Shown here: in pieces, positions 44,863 to 52,082 of the stretch
Position numbering within the stretch: the stretch's first letter is position 1
Layout: each line of letters begins with the position of its first letter
Assembly: GCA_016871475.1 (NCBI GenBank)
Contig: VHDG01000001.1
Location: forward strand, 1-52,082
Direction: 5' to 3'
Length of the DNA: 52,082 nt
Origin: Verrucomicrobiota bacterium
GTDB taxonomy: Bacteria; Verrucomicrobiota; Verrucomicrobiia; Limisphaerales; UBA11320
Translations under genes and position numbers: made by a program
Notes under the pieces: generated by a model
Databases searched by the model: none
What the model saw: only the letters and a program-made list of their open reading frames with translations
What the model was told of the DNA's origin: nothing

Positions 44863-44863
44863 G

Positions 44864-45946
44864 ATGGTTAGGAACAGCGCGCATCGACCTGCTTTTCGTG
44901 TGGCTTTGACCGCCGATTTTTACGATGCAGCGGGTCGGTCGAAGTTTACCGATTCTGGGCTCAGTCTCTTTGAGTCGCATCCTCACGTGGTGGTTTCAAA
45001 ATTTGCCAGCCATCAAACCGTGATTCAACCGGAGCAAGTCAAGGGGGTACATGGCGTGGTCGTGCTCACTCCTGAGGTCACAGCCAACTCAATTGCGGGC
45101 TGCACGGACCTCCTGGCCATCGGCCGGTTTGGTGTGGGCTACAACTCGGTGGATGTGGAAGCATGCACCCGAGCCAACGTGGTCGCTATGATTGCCGCTG
45201 GAGCTGTCGATCGTTCCGTCGCGGAAGCTACGATCGCGTGGATGCTTGCCCTGACGCATCACGTGCTGACCAAAGATCGTCTGGTTCGGACGGGGCGATG
45301 GGATGACCGCACCCGCTTCATGGGTTGCGAGCTGCGCGACCGGACGCTGGGTGTTGTCGGGCTGGGTGGGATTGGCGGACAGTTGGTTTCGCTGTTGCAA
45401 GGTTTCGGAATGCGACGTCCGGTGGTCTATGATCCTTTCGTGACACCCGCTCGCCTCACGGCGCTAAACGTCCGCTCTGTCACCTTGGACGAGCTGCTAT
45501 CTACGGCGGACTTCGTCTCCATTCATTGCCCGCTGAACAAGCTCACCCGAGGTTTGATTGGCGCGCGAGAAATCGGCCTCATGAAGAAGGATGCCTACCT
45601 GTTGAACACTGCTCGGGGCGGAATCGTGGATGAGCTCGCACTCTATGAAGCCTTGAAGGAAGGTCGCATCGCCGGAGCTGCACTCGATTGCTTCGAACAG
45701 GAACCCGCTGTGGCGCCCATTCGCCTGGGTGAACTGGACAATGTCATCCTGGCACCTCACTCGATCAGCTGGACGCACGAGATGTTCCGAGACATTGGTC
45801 GAACTGCCTGCCAAAGCATGCTTGACCTGTCGCTCGGTCGACGTCCTCATGGCGTCCTGAATCCAGAACTGTTCGAGAAGCCTGCCTTCCTTGAGAAATG
45901 GGCACGCATTATCGGCCTGGCCAATTCGCAGTCACTGCCATTGTAA
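44864..45946 (+). CDS. D-isomer-specific 2-hydroxyacid dehydrogenase family protein
   Basis: 360 aa. The ATG lies 1 bp after the upstream TAA. NAD fold GVVGLGGIGG, then NTARGGIVDE, ALDCFEQEP and APHSISWT. Confidence 0.88.
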   Translation: MVRNSAHRPAFRVALTADFYDAAGRSKFTDSGLSLFESHPHVVVSKFASHQTVIQPEQVKGVHGVVVLTPEVTANSIAGCTDLLAIGRFGVGYNSVDVEACTRANVVAMIAAGAVDRSVAEATIAWMLALTHHVLTKDRLVRTGRWDDRTRFMGCELRDRTLGVVGLGGIGGQLVSLLQGFGMRRPVVYDPFVTPARLTALNVRSVTLDELLSTADFVSIHCPLNKLTRGLIGAREIGLMKKDAYLLNTARGGIVDELALYEALKEGRIAGAALDCFEQEPAVAPIRLGELDNVILAPHSISWTHEMFRDIGRTACQSMLDLSLGRRPHGVLNPELFEKPAFLEKWARIIGLANSQSLPL

Positions 45947-45979
45947 ATCGAATCCTCACTCGACAACCCATCCAAGAAC

Positions 45980-47470
45980 ATGAACACCACACCCGAAAAC
46001 CAGCAGAAACTCGTCAGCGACTTTCTCTCCCAGTCTCCACTCAAGGCGTTCATTGGCGGAGAGTGGGTGTCGGCCGCCGATGGCACGACTTTCACAACAC
46101 GCGATCCGGGAACCGGCAAGCCGCTGGCCGAAGTGGCAGCGATGGGAGCGAAGGATGTCGACCGTGCCGTGCAAGCCGCCACCAAAGCGTTTCGCACCTC
46201 CGGTTGGGCGGAGATGACGCCGAATGAACGAGGCGTGTTATTGCACAGGCTCGCGGATGAAGTGGAGAGGCACAAACCAGTCCTCGCCCGAATCGAAGCG
46301 AGCGATGCCGGCAAGATTCCCGCTCAAGCCGAAGGCGACGTGCAGAACTTCGTGGATACGATGCGCTATTTCATCGACATCTCCCTTCACGTGCAACGAC
46401 GCACGCCTCTGGCGGTCAAGGGCCACGAAGCAACCACCGTCCGACTTCCGTGGGGTCCCTGTGGATTCATCGTTCCGTGGAATTTTCCCTTCCTGCTGAT
46501 TGGCTGGAACATTTCCCCGGCCCTGGCTGCGGGCAATACCGTGGTGATCAAACCAGCCGAGGATACGCCCCTGTCCGCTCTCTATCTGGGACAGCTCGCT
46601 CAGAAAGTGGGCTTGCCCGACGGCGTGATCAATGTCGTCACCGGCTTCGGGGAAACAGCCGGTGCAGCCCTCGCCTCTCATCCCGGGCTGAAGCGCATGT
46701 CCTTCACAGGATCACCCGAGGTCGGACGACTCGTGGCCGAAGCCTGTGCGCGCAATCTCACACCGGTTAAACTTGAACTCGGCGGCAAAGGTGCCGCTGT
46801 CATCTTCGACGATGTCGATATCGATGCGACGTCCGCGCGGCTCGTCAATGCAATCACGTTTCACACTGGACAGGTCTGTTGCGATGCAACCCGCTGGATT
46901 GTGCATCGTTCGATTTACGATCGTTTCGTAAGTCATTGTGTGGATCGCATGAAGGCCGTCGCCGTCGGATACCAATTCGACACGGGTACGCAGATGGGTC
47001 CGGTGGTCAGTGCCAAACAGCGAGATCGTGTTCTTCGTTATCTCGATCGTGGCCGTTCGGAAGGAGCCAAATGTATTCTTGCAGGCGGTGCGGCAGCTGT
47101 TCCTGGGCGCGAGGGATTCTATGTCAAACCTGCGCTCCTGGCTGGAGAGTTGAACAACGTGGCCGCGCGGGAGGAGATATTTGGTCCCGTGGCGTATCTG
47201 ACGCCGTTTGACAACGAGGCGCAAGCCGTCGCCATGGCAAACGACACTGACTACGGGCTCGCCAACAGTGTGTGGTCTGCAGATCTCGATCGTGCCCGCC
47301 GGGTTGCCGAGCGAATGGTTGCCGGCAACAGTTGGATCAATGCTCACAACGTTTTCCCCCATGGCGTGCCCTACGCCGGAATTAACAAGAGCGGCATGGG
47401 TGGTGGCGTGCTCTCGTACGAAACGTTCCTCGATTACACCCGCGGGTTGTCCGTGGTGCGTCCCTTGTAA
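45980..47470 (+). CDS. NAD(P)+-dependent aldehyde dehydrogenase
   Basis: 496 aa. VPWNFPFLLIGWNISPALAAGNTVVIKPAEDTPLSAL, catalytic Glu block LELGGKG and catalytic Cys block GQVCCDATR. Confidence 0.93.
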   Translation: MNTTPENQQKLVSDFLSQSPLKAFIGGEWVSAADGTTFTTRDPGTGKPLAEVAAMGAKDVDRAVQAATKAFRTSGWAEMTPNERGVLLHRLADEVERHKPVLARIEASDAGKIPAQAEGDVQNFVDTMRYFIDISLHVQRRTPLAVKGHEATTVRLPWGPCGFIVPWNFPFLLIGWNISPALAAGNTVVIKPAEDTPLSALYLGQLAQKVGLPDGVINVVTGFGETAGAALASHPGLKRMSFTGSPEVGRLVAEACARNLTPVKLELGGKGAAVIFDDVDIDATSARLVNAITFHTGQVCCDATRWIVHRSIYDRFVSHCVDRMKAVAVGYQFDTGTQMGPVVSAKQRDRVLRYLDRGRSEGAKCILAGGAAAVPGREGFYVKPALLAGELNNVAAREEIFGPVAYLTPFDNEAQAVAMANDTDYGLANSVWSADLDRARRVAERMVAGNSWINAHNVFPHGVPYAGINKSGMGGGVLSYETFLDYTRGLSVVRPL

Positions 47471-47501
47471 CCGCACAACCCGACCAGCAACACCATCGCC
47501 C

Positions 47502-49433
47502 ATGAAAACCCTGTGCACGAATACTTGCCGGGTTCCACTGCTCTTGTTGTGCGCTTTATTCTGCGCAGCGGAAAACAAAGCCGCTGCGCCCATTCCGCTG
47601 CGTGCAGGTCCAGTGACGATGATCTTTGAACCCGACAACGCCTTCCTCCGCTACATCAAGGTCGGTCCTCATGAAATCTTGCGCGGAATCACTGCACCCG
47701 TGCGCAATCATTATTGGGGCACAGTTCTCCCGGTGGTCTCGAAGGTCGAACGGGTGGACAAAGGCGATCAGTTCGTCCTGACCTTCGAGGCTTTGTGCCG
47801 TGAGCGAGACATTGATTTCCTCTGGCACGGCAGGATTCAAGGGAATGCACTCGGCGAGATTGAATACACATTTGACGGCATCGCCCGGTCCACTTTCCAG
47901 CGAAACCGCATCGGGTTTTGCGTGCTTCATGGCCCGTCGGCGGCCGGCCACCCGTGGGTGATCGAGAATATCCGGGGCGAGAAAGCCAAGGGTCGGTTTC
48001 CCAAGTTCATTTCGCCACATCAGCCGGCCAAGGAGATTCGGGAAATCGCGCATGAACTTGCTCCCAACCTTTGGGCACATGTCCGCATGGAAGGAGATAC
48101 GTTCGAGATGGAAGACCAGCGCAACTGGACCGACGCATCCTTCAAAACGTACTGCACACCCTTGGAGATCTCCTACCCCGTGACCGTGACCACCGGAACC
48201 AGAGTGACTCAAAAAATCACGGTCCGCCTGGTGGGATCGGTCCCGGCAACAGATGGTTCGGATAGAACAGTTAACGAACGAACCGTTCTCACGCTGGCCG
48301 AGGATCAAACGGCTCTGCCGCGAATGGGTCTGCAGATCTCATCCGTGACCACGGAACTTGCAGAAAACGAGGTCAAGCGCCTCAAGAGATTGAACCTCGA
48401 CCATCTGCGAGTGGACCTGGCCTTGACCAACGATTCGTTCTCCAGCCTATTGCATCAGGCTACGGTCCAGGCCCGGGCACTCGGGGTGAAACTGCACGTT
48501 GGGCTTCGTTTGGGCCTGCAGCCTGACTCCGCTTTGGACCGATTGACCGCACACGTCCGATCGCTTCGGCCACCCGTCTCCGTCTGGCTGATCCTTGGAG
48601 CCGATCCAGCCATGTATCGGAGGGTGCGTCCGAGATTGAGCGCTTTGGGAGGAAAAGCGCTGGTTGGATCAGCTCATGACGATATCAATTTTACTCAGTT
48701 GAATCGCATCCGACCCGCACCAGACATGCTCGATGTGGTCGTCTATGGTGTCACCCCTCAGATCCACGCGTTCGACAATCAATCGATTATGGAGACGCTA
48801 CCCATTCTGGCCGACACGGTAGGTAGTGCCCGGCAATTCGTCGGGTCCAGCCCGCTCATGATCACGCCGATCACTCTGCGACTGCAGTCAGTCGCGCAAG
48901 CGCCGCTTCGGGGTGAACTCCCCTCCAGCGTGGATCCGCGTCAACCAACGCTCTTTGCTGCTGCCTGGACGCTGGGCAGCATTAAGTATCTGGCGGAAGC
49001 AGGTGTTCAGAGCGTCACCTGCTACGAGACCGTTGGATGGAAAGGGATCATGGAATCGGCAGCTGGCTCGGCCTTGCCAGACAAGTTTCCATCCAAGCCC
49101 GGCGCGGTTTTTCCGCTCTATGATGTGCTGCGCGACATTGGCGAGTTCGCTGGCGGTTACGTGCAACGCGTGGAATCGTCTGACACCCTGAGCTCTGTTG
49201 GGCTGGCTTTGCGCCAGGGAAAACACCTTCGACTGCTTGTAGCGAATCTCACGGATCATCCTCAGACCGTTGCGCTGAGAGGACTCGGGCCCAGCTTATC
49301 CGTGCAATCAGTGACCACGTCGGACGGGACACTCAACGCGCAATGGCCCTCAGGCCAAAGGAAATCCGTCGCGATGGAAGCGCCGATCCGCTTGCCGGCC
49401 TACGGCATCATCCGGATCGATCAGACCCGGTGA
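47502..49433 (+). CDS. Hypothetical secreted protein, family not recognised
   Basis: 643 aa from the ATG at 47502 (MKTLCTNTCRVPLLLLCALFCAAENKA signal-like). ORF-track start 47208 overlaps the aldehyde dehydrogenase. Long uninterrupted coding-like ORF inside the catabolic cluster. Confidence 0.75.
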   Translation: MKTLCTNTCRVPLLLLCALFCAAENKAAAPIPLRAGPVTMIFEPDNAFLRYIKVGPHEILRGITAPVRNHYWGTVLPVVSKVERVDKGDQFVLTFEALCRERDIDFLWHGRIQGNALGEIEYTFDGIARSTFQRNRIGFCVLHGPSAAGHPWVIENIRGEKAKGRFPKFISPHQPAKEIREIAHELAPNLWAHVRMEGDTFEMEDQRNWTDASFKTYCTPLEISYPVTVTTGTRVTQKITVRLVGSVPATDGSDRTVNERTVLTLAEDQTALPRMGLQISSVTTELAENEVKRLKRLNLDHLRVDLALTNDSFSSLLHQATVQARALGVKLHVGLRLGLQPDSALDRLTAHVRSLRPPVSVWLILGADPAMYRRVRPRLSALGGKALVGSAHDDINFTQLNRIRPAPDMLDVVVYGVTPQIHAFDNQSIMETLPILADTVGSARQFVGSSPLMITPITLRLQSVAQAPLRGELPSSVDPRQPTLFAAAWTLGSIKYLAEAGVQSVTCYETVGWKGIMESAAGSALPDKFPSKPGAVFPLYDVLRDIGEFAGGYVQRVESSDTLSSVGLALRQGKHLRLLVANLTDHPQTVALRGLGPSLSVQSVTTSDGTLNAQWPSGQRKSVAMEAPIRLPAYGIIRIDQTR

Positions 49434-49491
49434 TCGCGGATGGCCACATGTCTTTCGCTCCAGCCGAAGCCATTCTCCCGGAACGAACTCT

Positions 49492-50610
49492 ATGAAACAC
49501 ATCATGCCCTGGCTCTATCGCGGGCTGATCGGGGTCTCAATGGTATTCGTGGCCGCTGGCGTGGCGATGTTTCTTCGTGGTGAACATCACAGGATCCTGC
49601 CGATGGTGAGCGGCGCTATGCTCAGCTTCGCGTTGGCCTCTGGAGGATTCGAACGGACCAGGAATTGGTCGTTATTGGTCTGGTTGTCCACTGCTATCGT
49701 GGTCGGGATGAGCTTCCCGGCCTGGTTCATCGGGGTTGGAGATTTCAAGTTCACCCGCCTTTTCATGCCGCTGTTGCAACTGATCATGTTCTGCATGGGC
49801 ACAACCTTGAGTCTGAATGATTTTTCCAGAGTGGTGCGGATGCCTGGCGGGGTTTTCGTGGGGGTCTTCTGTCAGTTCACCATCATGCCTCTTCTCGGTT
49901 ACGCGTTGGCCAGGCTTTCAGGGTTTCCGCCCGAGATTGGAGCCGGAATTGTTCTGGTTGGTTGTGTGCCGAGCGGCCTGGCTTCAACAGTGATGGTTTA
50001 TCTCGCCCGCGCGAATGTGGCTCTGTCCGTTACCCTCACCGCGATGACTTCATTGATGGCGCCGTTCGTGACACCTTTCCTGATGCAGTGGCTGGCGGGA
50101 CAAATGGTTCAAATTGATGCCGGAAAGTTGATGTTGGATCTTGTGAAGATGACGGTCCTTCCCGTCACAGCTGGTCTAATCTGGCATCACTGGGTCCGAG
50201 ATCGGGCGCAATGGCTCTCACGGATCATGCCGTATTTCTCCATGGCTGGGATCGTTGCGATGACGGTGCTGACGGTTGCCGTCGGACGTGACAATCTCAT
50301 CAAGCTTGGTTTGGTCCTCGTAGCGATTTGTCTCGTTCACACGACGTCCGGGTATTTGTTGGGTTACCTGGTTTGCCGGACTCTCCGTTTCAACGAGGCG
50401 ACGTGCCGCACTATCGCGTTTGAGGTCGGTATGCAGAACGCAGGGATGGCTTCTGCGGTGGCTGCATCGCTGAACAAGGTGGCTACTTTCGGCCTCGCAC
50501 CTATTGTGTTCGGGCCGGTCATGAACCTCACCGCATCGACGTTGGCTAACTGGTGGCGCTCTCGCCCGGAACCGTCGACACCTGAGCGAAACGAGTGTCA
50601 GAGCTCATGA
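49492..50610 (+). CDS. Bile acid:sodium symporter (BASS/SBF-like) family transporter
   Basis: 372 aa, polytopic. CMGTTLSLNDF, FCQFTIMPLLGYAL and GCVPSGLASTVMVYLARANVALSVTLTAMTSL are typical SBF blocks. It has an extra ~60-aa N-terminal hydrophobic extension. Confidence 0.85.
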   Translation: MKHIMPWLYRGLIGVSMVFVAAGVAMFLRGEHHRILPMVSGAMLSFALASGGFERTRNWSLLVWLSTAIVVGMSFPAWFIGVGDFKFTRLFMPLLQLIMFCMGTTLSLNDFSRVVRMPGGVFVGVFCQFTIMPLLGYALARLSGFPPEIGAGIVLVGCVPSGLASTVMVYLARANVALSVTLTAMTSLMAPFVTPFLMQWLAGQMVQIDAGKLMLDLVKMTVLPVTAGLIWHHWVRDRAQWLSRIMPYFSMAGIVAMTVLTVAVGRDNLIKLGLVLVAICLVHTTSGYLLGYLVCRTLRFNEATCRTIAFEVGMQNAGMASAVAASLNKVATFGLAPIVFGPVMNLTASTLANWWRSRPEPSTPERNECQSS

Positions 50611-50985
50611 ACCCAGGGCGCTGCTTCGCTTGCTCCCGGGCTCGGTTGTTCGACGCGACGTGACGCCGCGGGTGTTTCACGAGTCGATTTCGACCACGAT
50701 GGCTACAACAGTCTTCAGGAGTTTCTGGCAGGCACCGATCCGAACGATTCTCTGAGCCTCCTGCGCATCGGGCGAATCACCTACCGATACCCGGATATCC
50801 GGATCGAGTTCCGTGGGGTGGCCGGACGACGTTGTCGAATCGAGGGCAGCTCCAGCTTGGCGCCGGCGGCGTCGGCACCCCGTGGACGAATCCTCGACGG
50901 CGCGAACGACACGGATAATGAAGAGATTGCCGATCCATGTGGTTGCACCCACTGGGTGAACGGGCTTCCAGCCATTAGCTTCTAA
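50611..50985 (+). pseudogene. Start-less relic of a secreted-protein C-terminus (TSP3-like Ca-binding motif + beta-sandwich tail)
   Basis: An open frame with no start codon continues from the BASS stop. From nt 50686 it reads DFDHDGYNSLQEFLAGTDPNDSLSLLRI..IRIEFRGVAGRRCRIEGSSSL..*. The D.D.DG.SN..E...GTDP.D..S.L.I motif followed by V.GR.Y.IE.S..L is a common C-terminal arrangement in PVC surface proteins. The remainder looks degenerate. Confidence 0.4.
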
Positions 50986-51029
50986 ACATCTGCGTAATCC
51001 GGTCGGTGGAACACGCGACATCGAGCACG

Positions 51030-51106
51030 GAGGGTGGCCGGAGGGGCGGCTTACCAGCCGCCGGGGGGGGCAGGGCGGCTGGTAAGCCGCCCCTCCGGCC
51101 ACCCTC
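51030..51106. repeat. Perfect inverted repeat: 33-bp stem, 11-nt G-rich loop
   Basis: 51030-51062 (GAGGGTGGCCGGAGGGGCGGCTTACCAGCCGCC) is the exact reverse complement of 51074-51106, checked base by base. The loop is GGGGGGGGCAG. It lies between the relic or BASS gene and the convergent SGNH gene. Confidence 0.95.
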
Positions 51107-51127
51107 GCTTACATATCTGGTTGTGGG

Positions 51128-52082
51128 TCATTCCGCGGTCCTTTGCAGCAGGGTCACCGTCCCCTTGCCTCCAGCCACGCAGATGCTTTCGAGCTTCAGT
51201 TCCTGGGCTTTGGCACTGTCGAAAAGCAGCTCGATCTCCAGCAGGTGCGGCACGCTGGGGTCGAGGCCGCGGGCAACCTCGTAGTGCAGAAACCCGTTCC
51301 CGGTCTTCCAGCGATTGCCTTCGAACCAGTCCGCGCCCTTCTCCTGCCCGCCTTTGCCAGTCACGGCGACGCCGTCCACCAGCACGCGGAAACGACATGA
51401 ATCAGCCGTGGACTCGCCGAACAGAAGAATCGCCGTGGCCTCCACTTTCAGCCGCAGCGGCTGCACCGGCTCGGCTTCTTTCCCGGGCGTCCCCTGTTCG
51501 TCGGGTTTCCGGTTGCGCGCGATGACCAGGTCGTCGAGCCAGCGGGACATCAGCCAATCGTGGTTGACCGCGGTGAGATTCGGGCGGCCTTTGCTCCAGC
51601 CCTCCGGCAGAGCGGGCAGGTCGGCCAGGCGGACACGGTGCTGGGCCATGTAGGTGACGCCGTGGAGCGGCTGCGGCGGCACGCGCGGCGCGAGCTTGGT
51701 TTTGACCGCGGCCTGGTAACCGTCCCAGGCGGCCGCGGCGAACTCGCGATAGCCGGGATCGTGCGGATGCACTCCGTCGGTGACCCACAGTTTCTCGCGC
51801 GTCAGGCGGCCGGCATCGACCTCGCGGCAGATGCGCGTCACCGCGTCGCCCCAGCCATTCCCGTACGCTTCGGCCAAGGCCTGGTGCGCCAGCCGGCGTT
51901 TCATGGTGGGCAGCTTGGCGGTCTCGATGTCCCACTTGAACGGGAAGGCGACCTGCACGACCGGGGTCCCGGCGGCGGCCAGCCGGCGCAGGATGGACTC
52001 GTAGGAGGCGAGCGTCTCGGGGTCGGCGGAGTTGATGTCGTCGTTGGCGGTGAAGTCCACGAACACGAGGTCGGGCTTGTGC
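51128..52082 (-). CDS. SGNH/GDSL-type hydrolase with C-terminal beta-sandwich domain (5' end outside the window)
   Basis: The frame stays open to the window edge (..HKPDLVFVDFTANDD..); the listed start at 52066 is a GTG. VTDGVHPHDPGY matches SGNH block V (DxxH). TGA at 51128-51130. Confidence 0.8.
   Translation of the reverse strand, partial: HKPDLVFVDFTANDDINSADPETLASYESILRRLAAAGTPVVQVAFPFKWDIETAKLPTMKRRLAHQALAEAYGNGWGDAVTRICREVDAGRLTREKLWVTDGVHPHDPGYREFAAAAWDGYQAAVKTKLAPRVPPQPLHGVTYMAQHRVRLADLPALPEGWSKGRPNLTAVNHDWLMSRWLDDLVIARNRKPDEQGTPGKEAEPVQPLRLKVEATAILLFGESTADSCRFRVLVDGVAVTGKGGQEKGADWFEGNRWKTGNGFLHYEVARGLDPSVPHLLEIELLFDSAKAQELKLESICVAGGKGTVTLLQRTAE

Noticed and set aside
50677-51525. 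ORFs 50677-51102 (-) and 51034-51525 (+), both beginning MAGGAAYQPP.
   Set aside because: The shared N-termini are a mirror artefact of the perfect palindrome at 51030-51106. The rest is Arg/Pro-rich, and the plus-strand ORF runs antisense to the SGNH hydrolase gene.
1-52082. Mobile-element or defence-island content: transposase, integrase, toxin-antitoxin, restriction-modification or CRISPR-Cas genes.
   Set aside because: No ORF shows motifs of these families. The only phage-like signatures are the tail-fibre/S74 domain fragments, which commonly occur in non-phage bacterial surface proteins of this lineage.

Overview
This is a high-GC 52-kb window whose gene content is typical of the PVC superphylum, most like Verrucomicrobiota. 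That placement is inferred from the protein families present; there is no marker gene. I can support about 27 protein-coding genes or gene fragments. I found no rRNA, tRNA, CRISPR array, transposase or integrase.

Positions 0.6-37.3 kb hold three paralogous gene pairs. Each pair encodes a DUF1549/DUF1553 (PSCyt2/PSD1) protein followed tightly by a twin-arginine DUF1501 protein of the sulfatase superfamily. Each pair is flanked by giant secreted proteins: two lamin-tail-domain/CotH proteins (1389 and 1816 aa) and two repeat proteins (1543 and 1284 aa).

The main finding is a ~190-aa module that I cannot assign to any described family. Its signature is DFxLxANPTxxGWQY..NWNxPDFGxxQxGW..HAGWAxRxDNG..THG..GGxWNxR..WxLxKND..GDxFRLE. 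It occurs:
- six times in the 1543-aa protein;
- twice in the 1284-aa protein, alternating with two copies of a distant B variant;
- once, in divergent form, inside the 1389-aa LTD-CotH protein;
- once, circularly permuted, inserted into a loop of the DUF1553 domain of pair 1.

The module therefore recurs three times next to DUF1553-DUF1501 pairs and is physically fused to one of them. This suggests a single undescribed extracytoplasmic system.

Positions 37.3-39.4 kb carry two truncated tail-fibre-like gene fragments that share a 213-bp repeat. Positions 39.6-50.6 kb are visibly more AT-rich. They encode a K+-type membrane pyrophosphatase and a putative hydroxy/keto-acid catabolic cluster: an HpcH aldolase-bicupin fusion, a 2-hydroxyacid dehydrogenase, an aldehyde dehydrogenase, an unknown secreted protein and a BASS transporter. 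Two decayed gene relics and a perfect 33-bp-stem inverted repeat lie in the longer intergenic gaps.

All family calls rest on motif recognition by eye; no searches were run.
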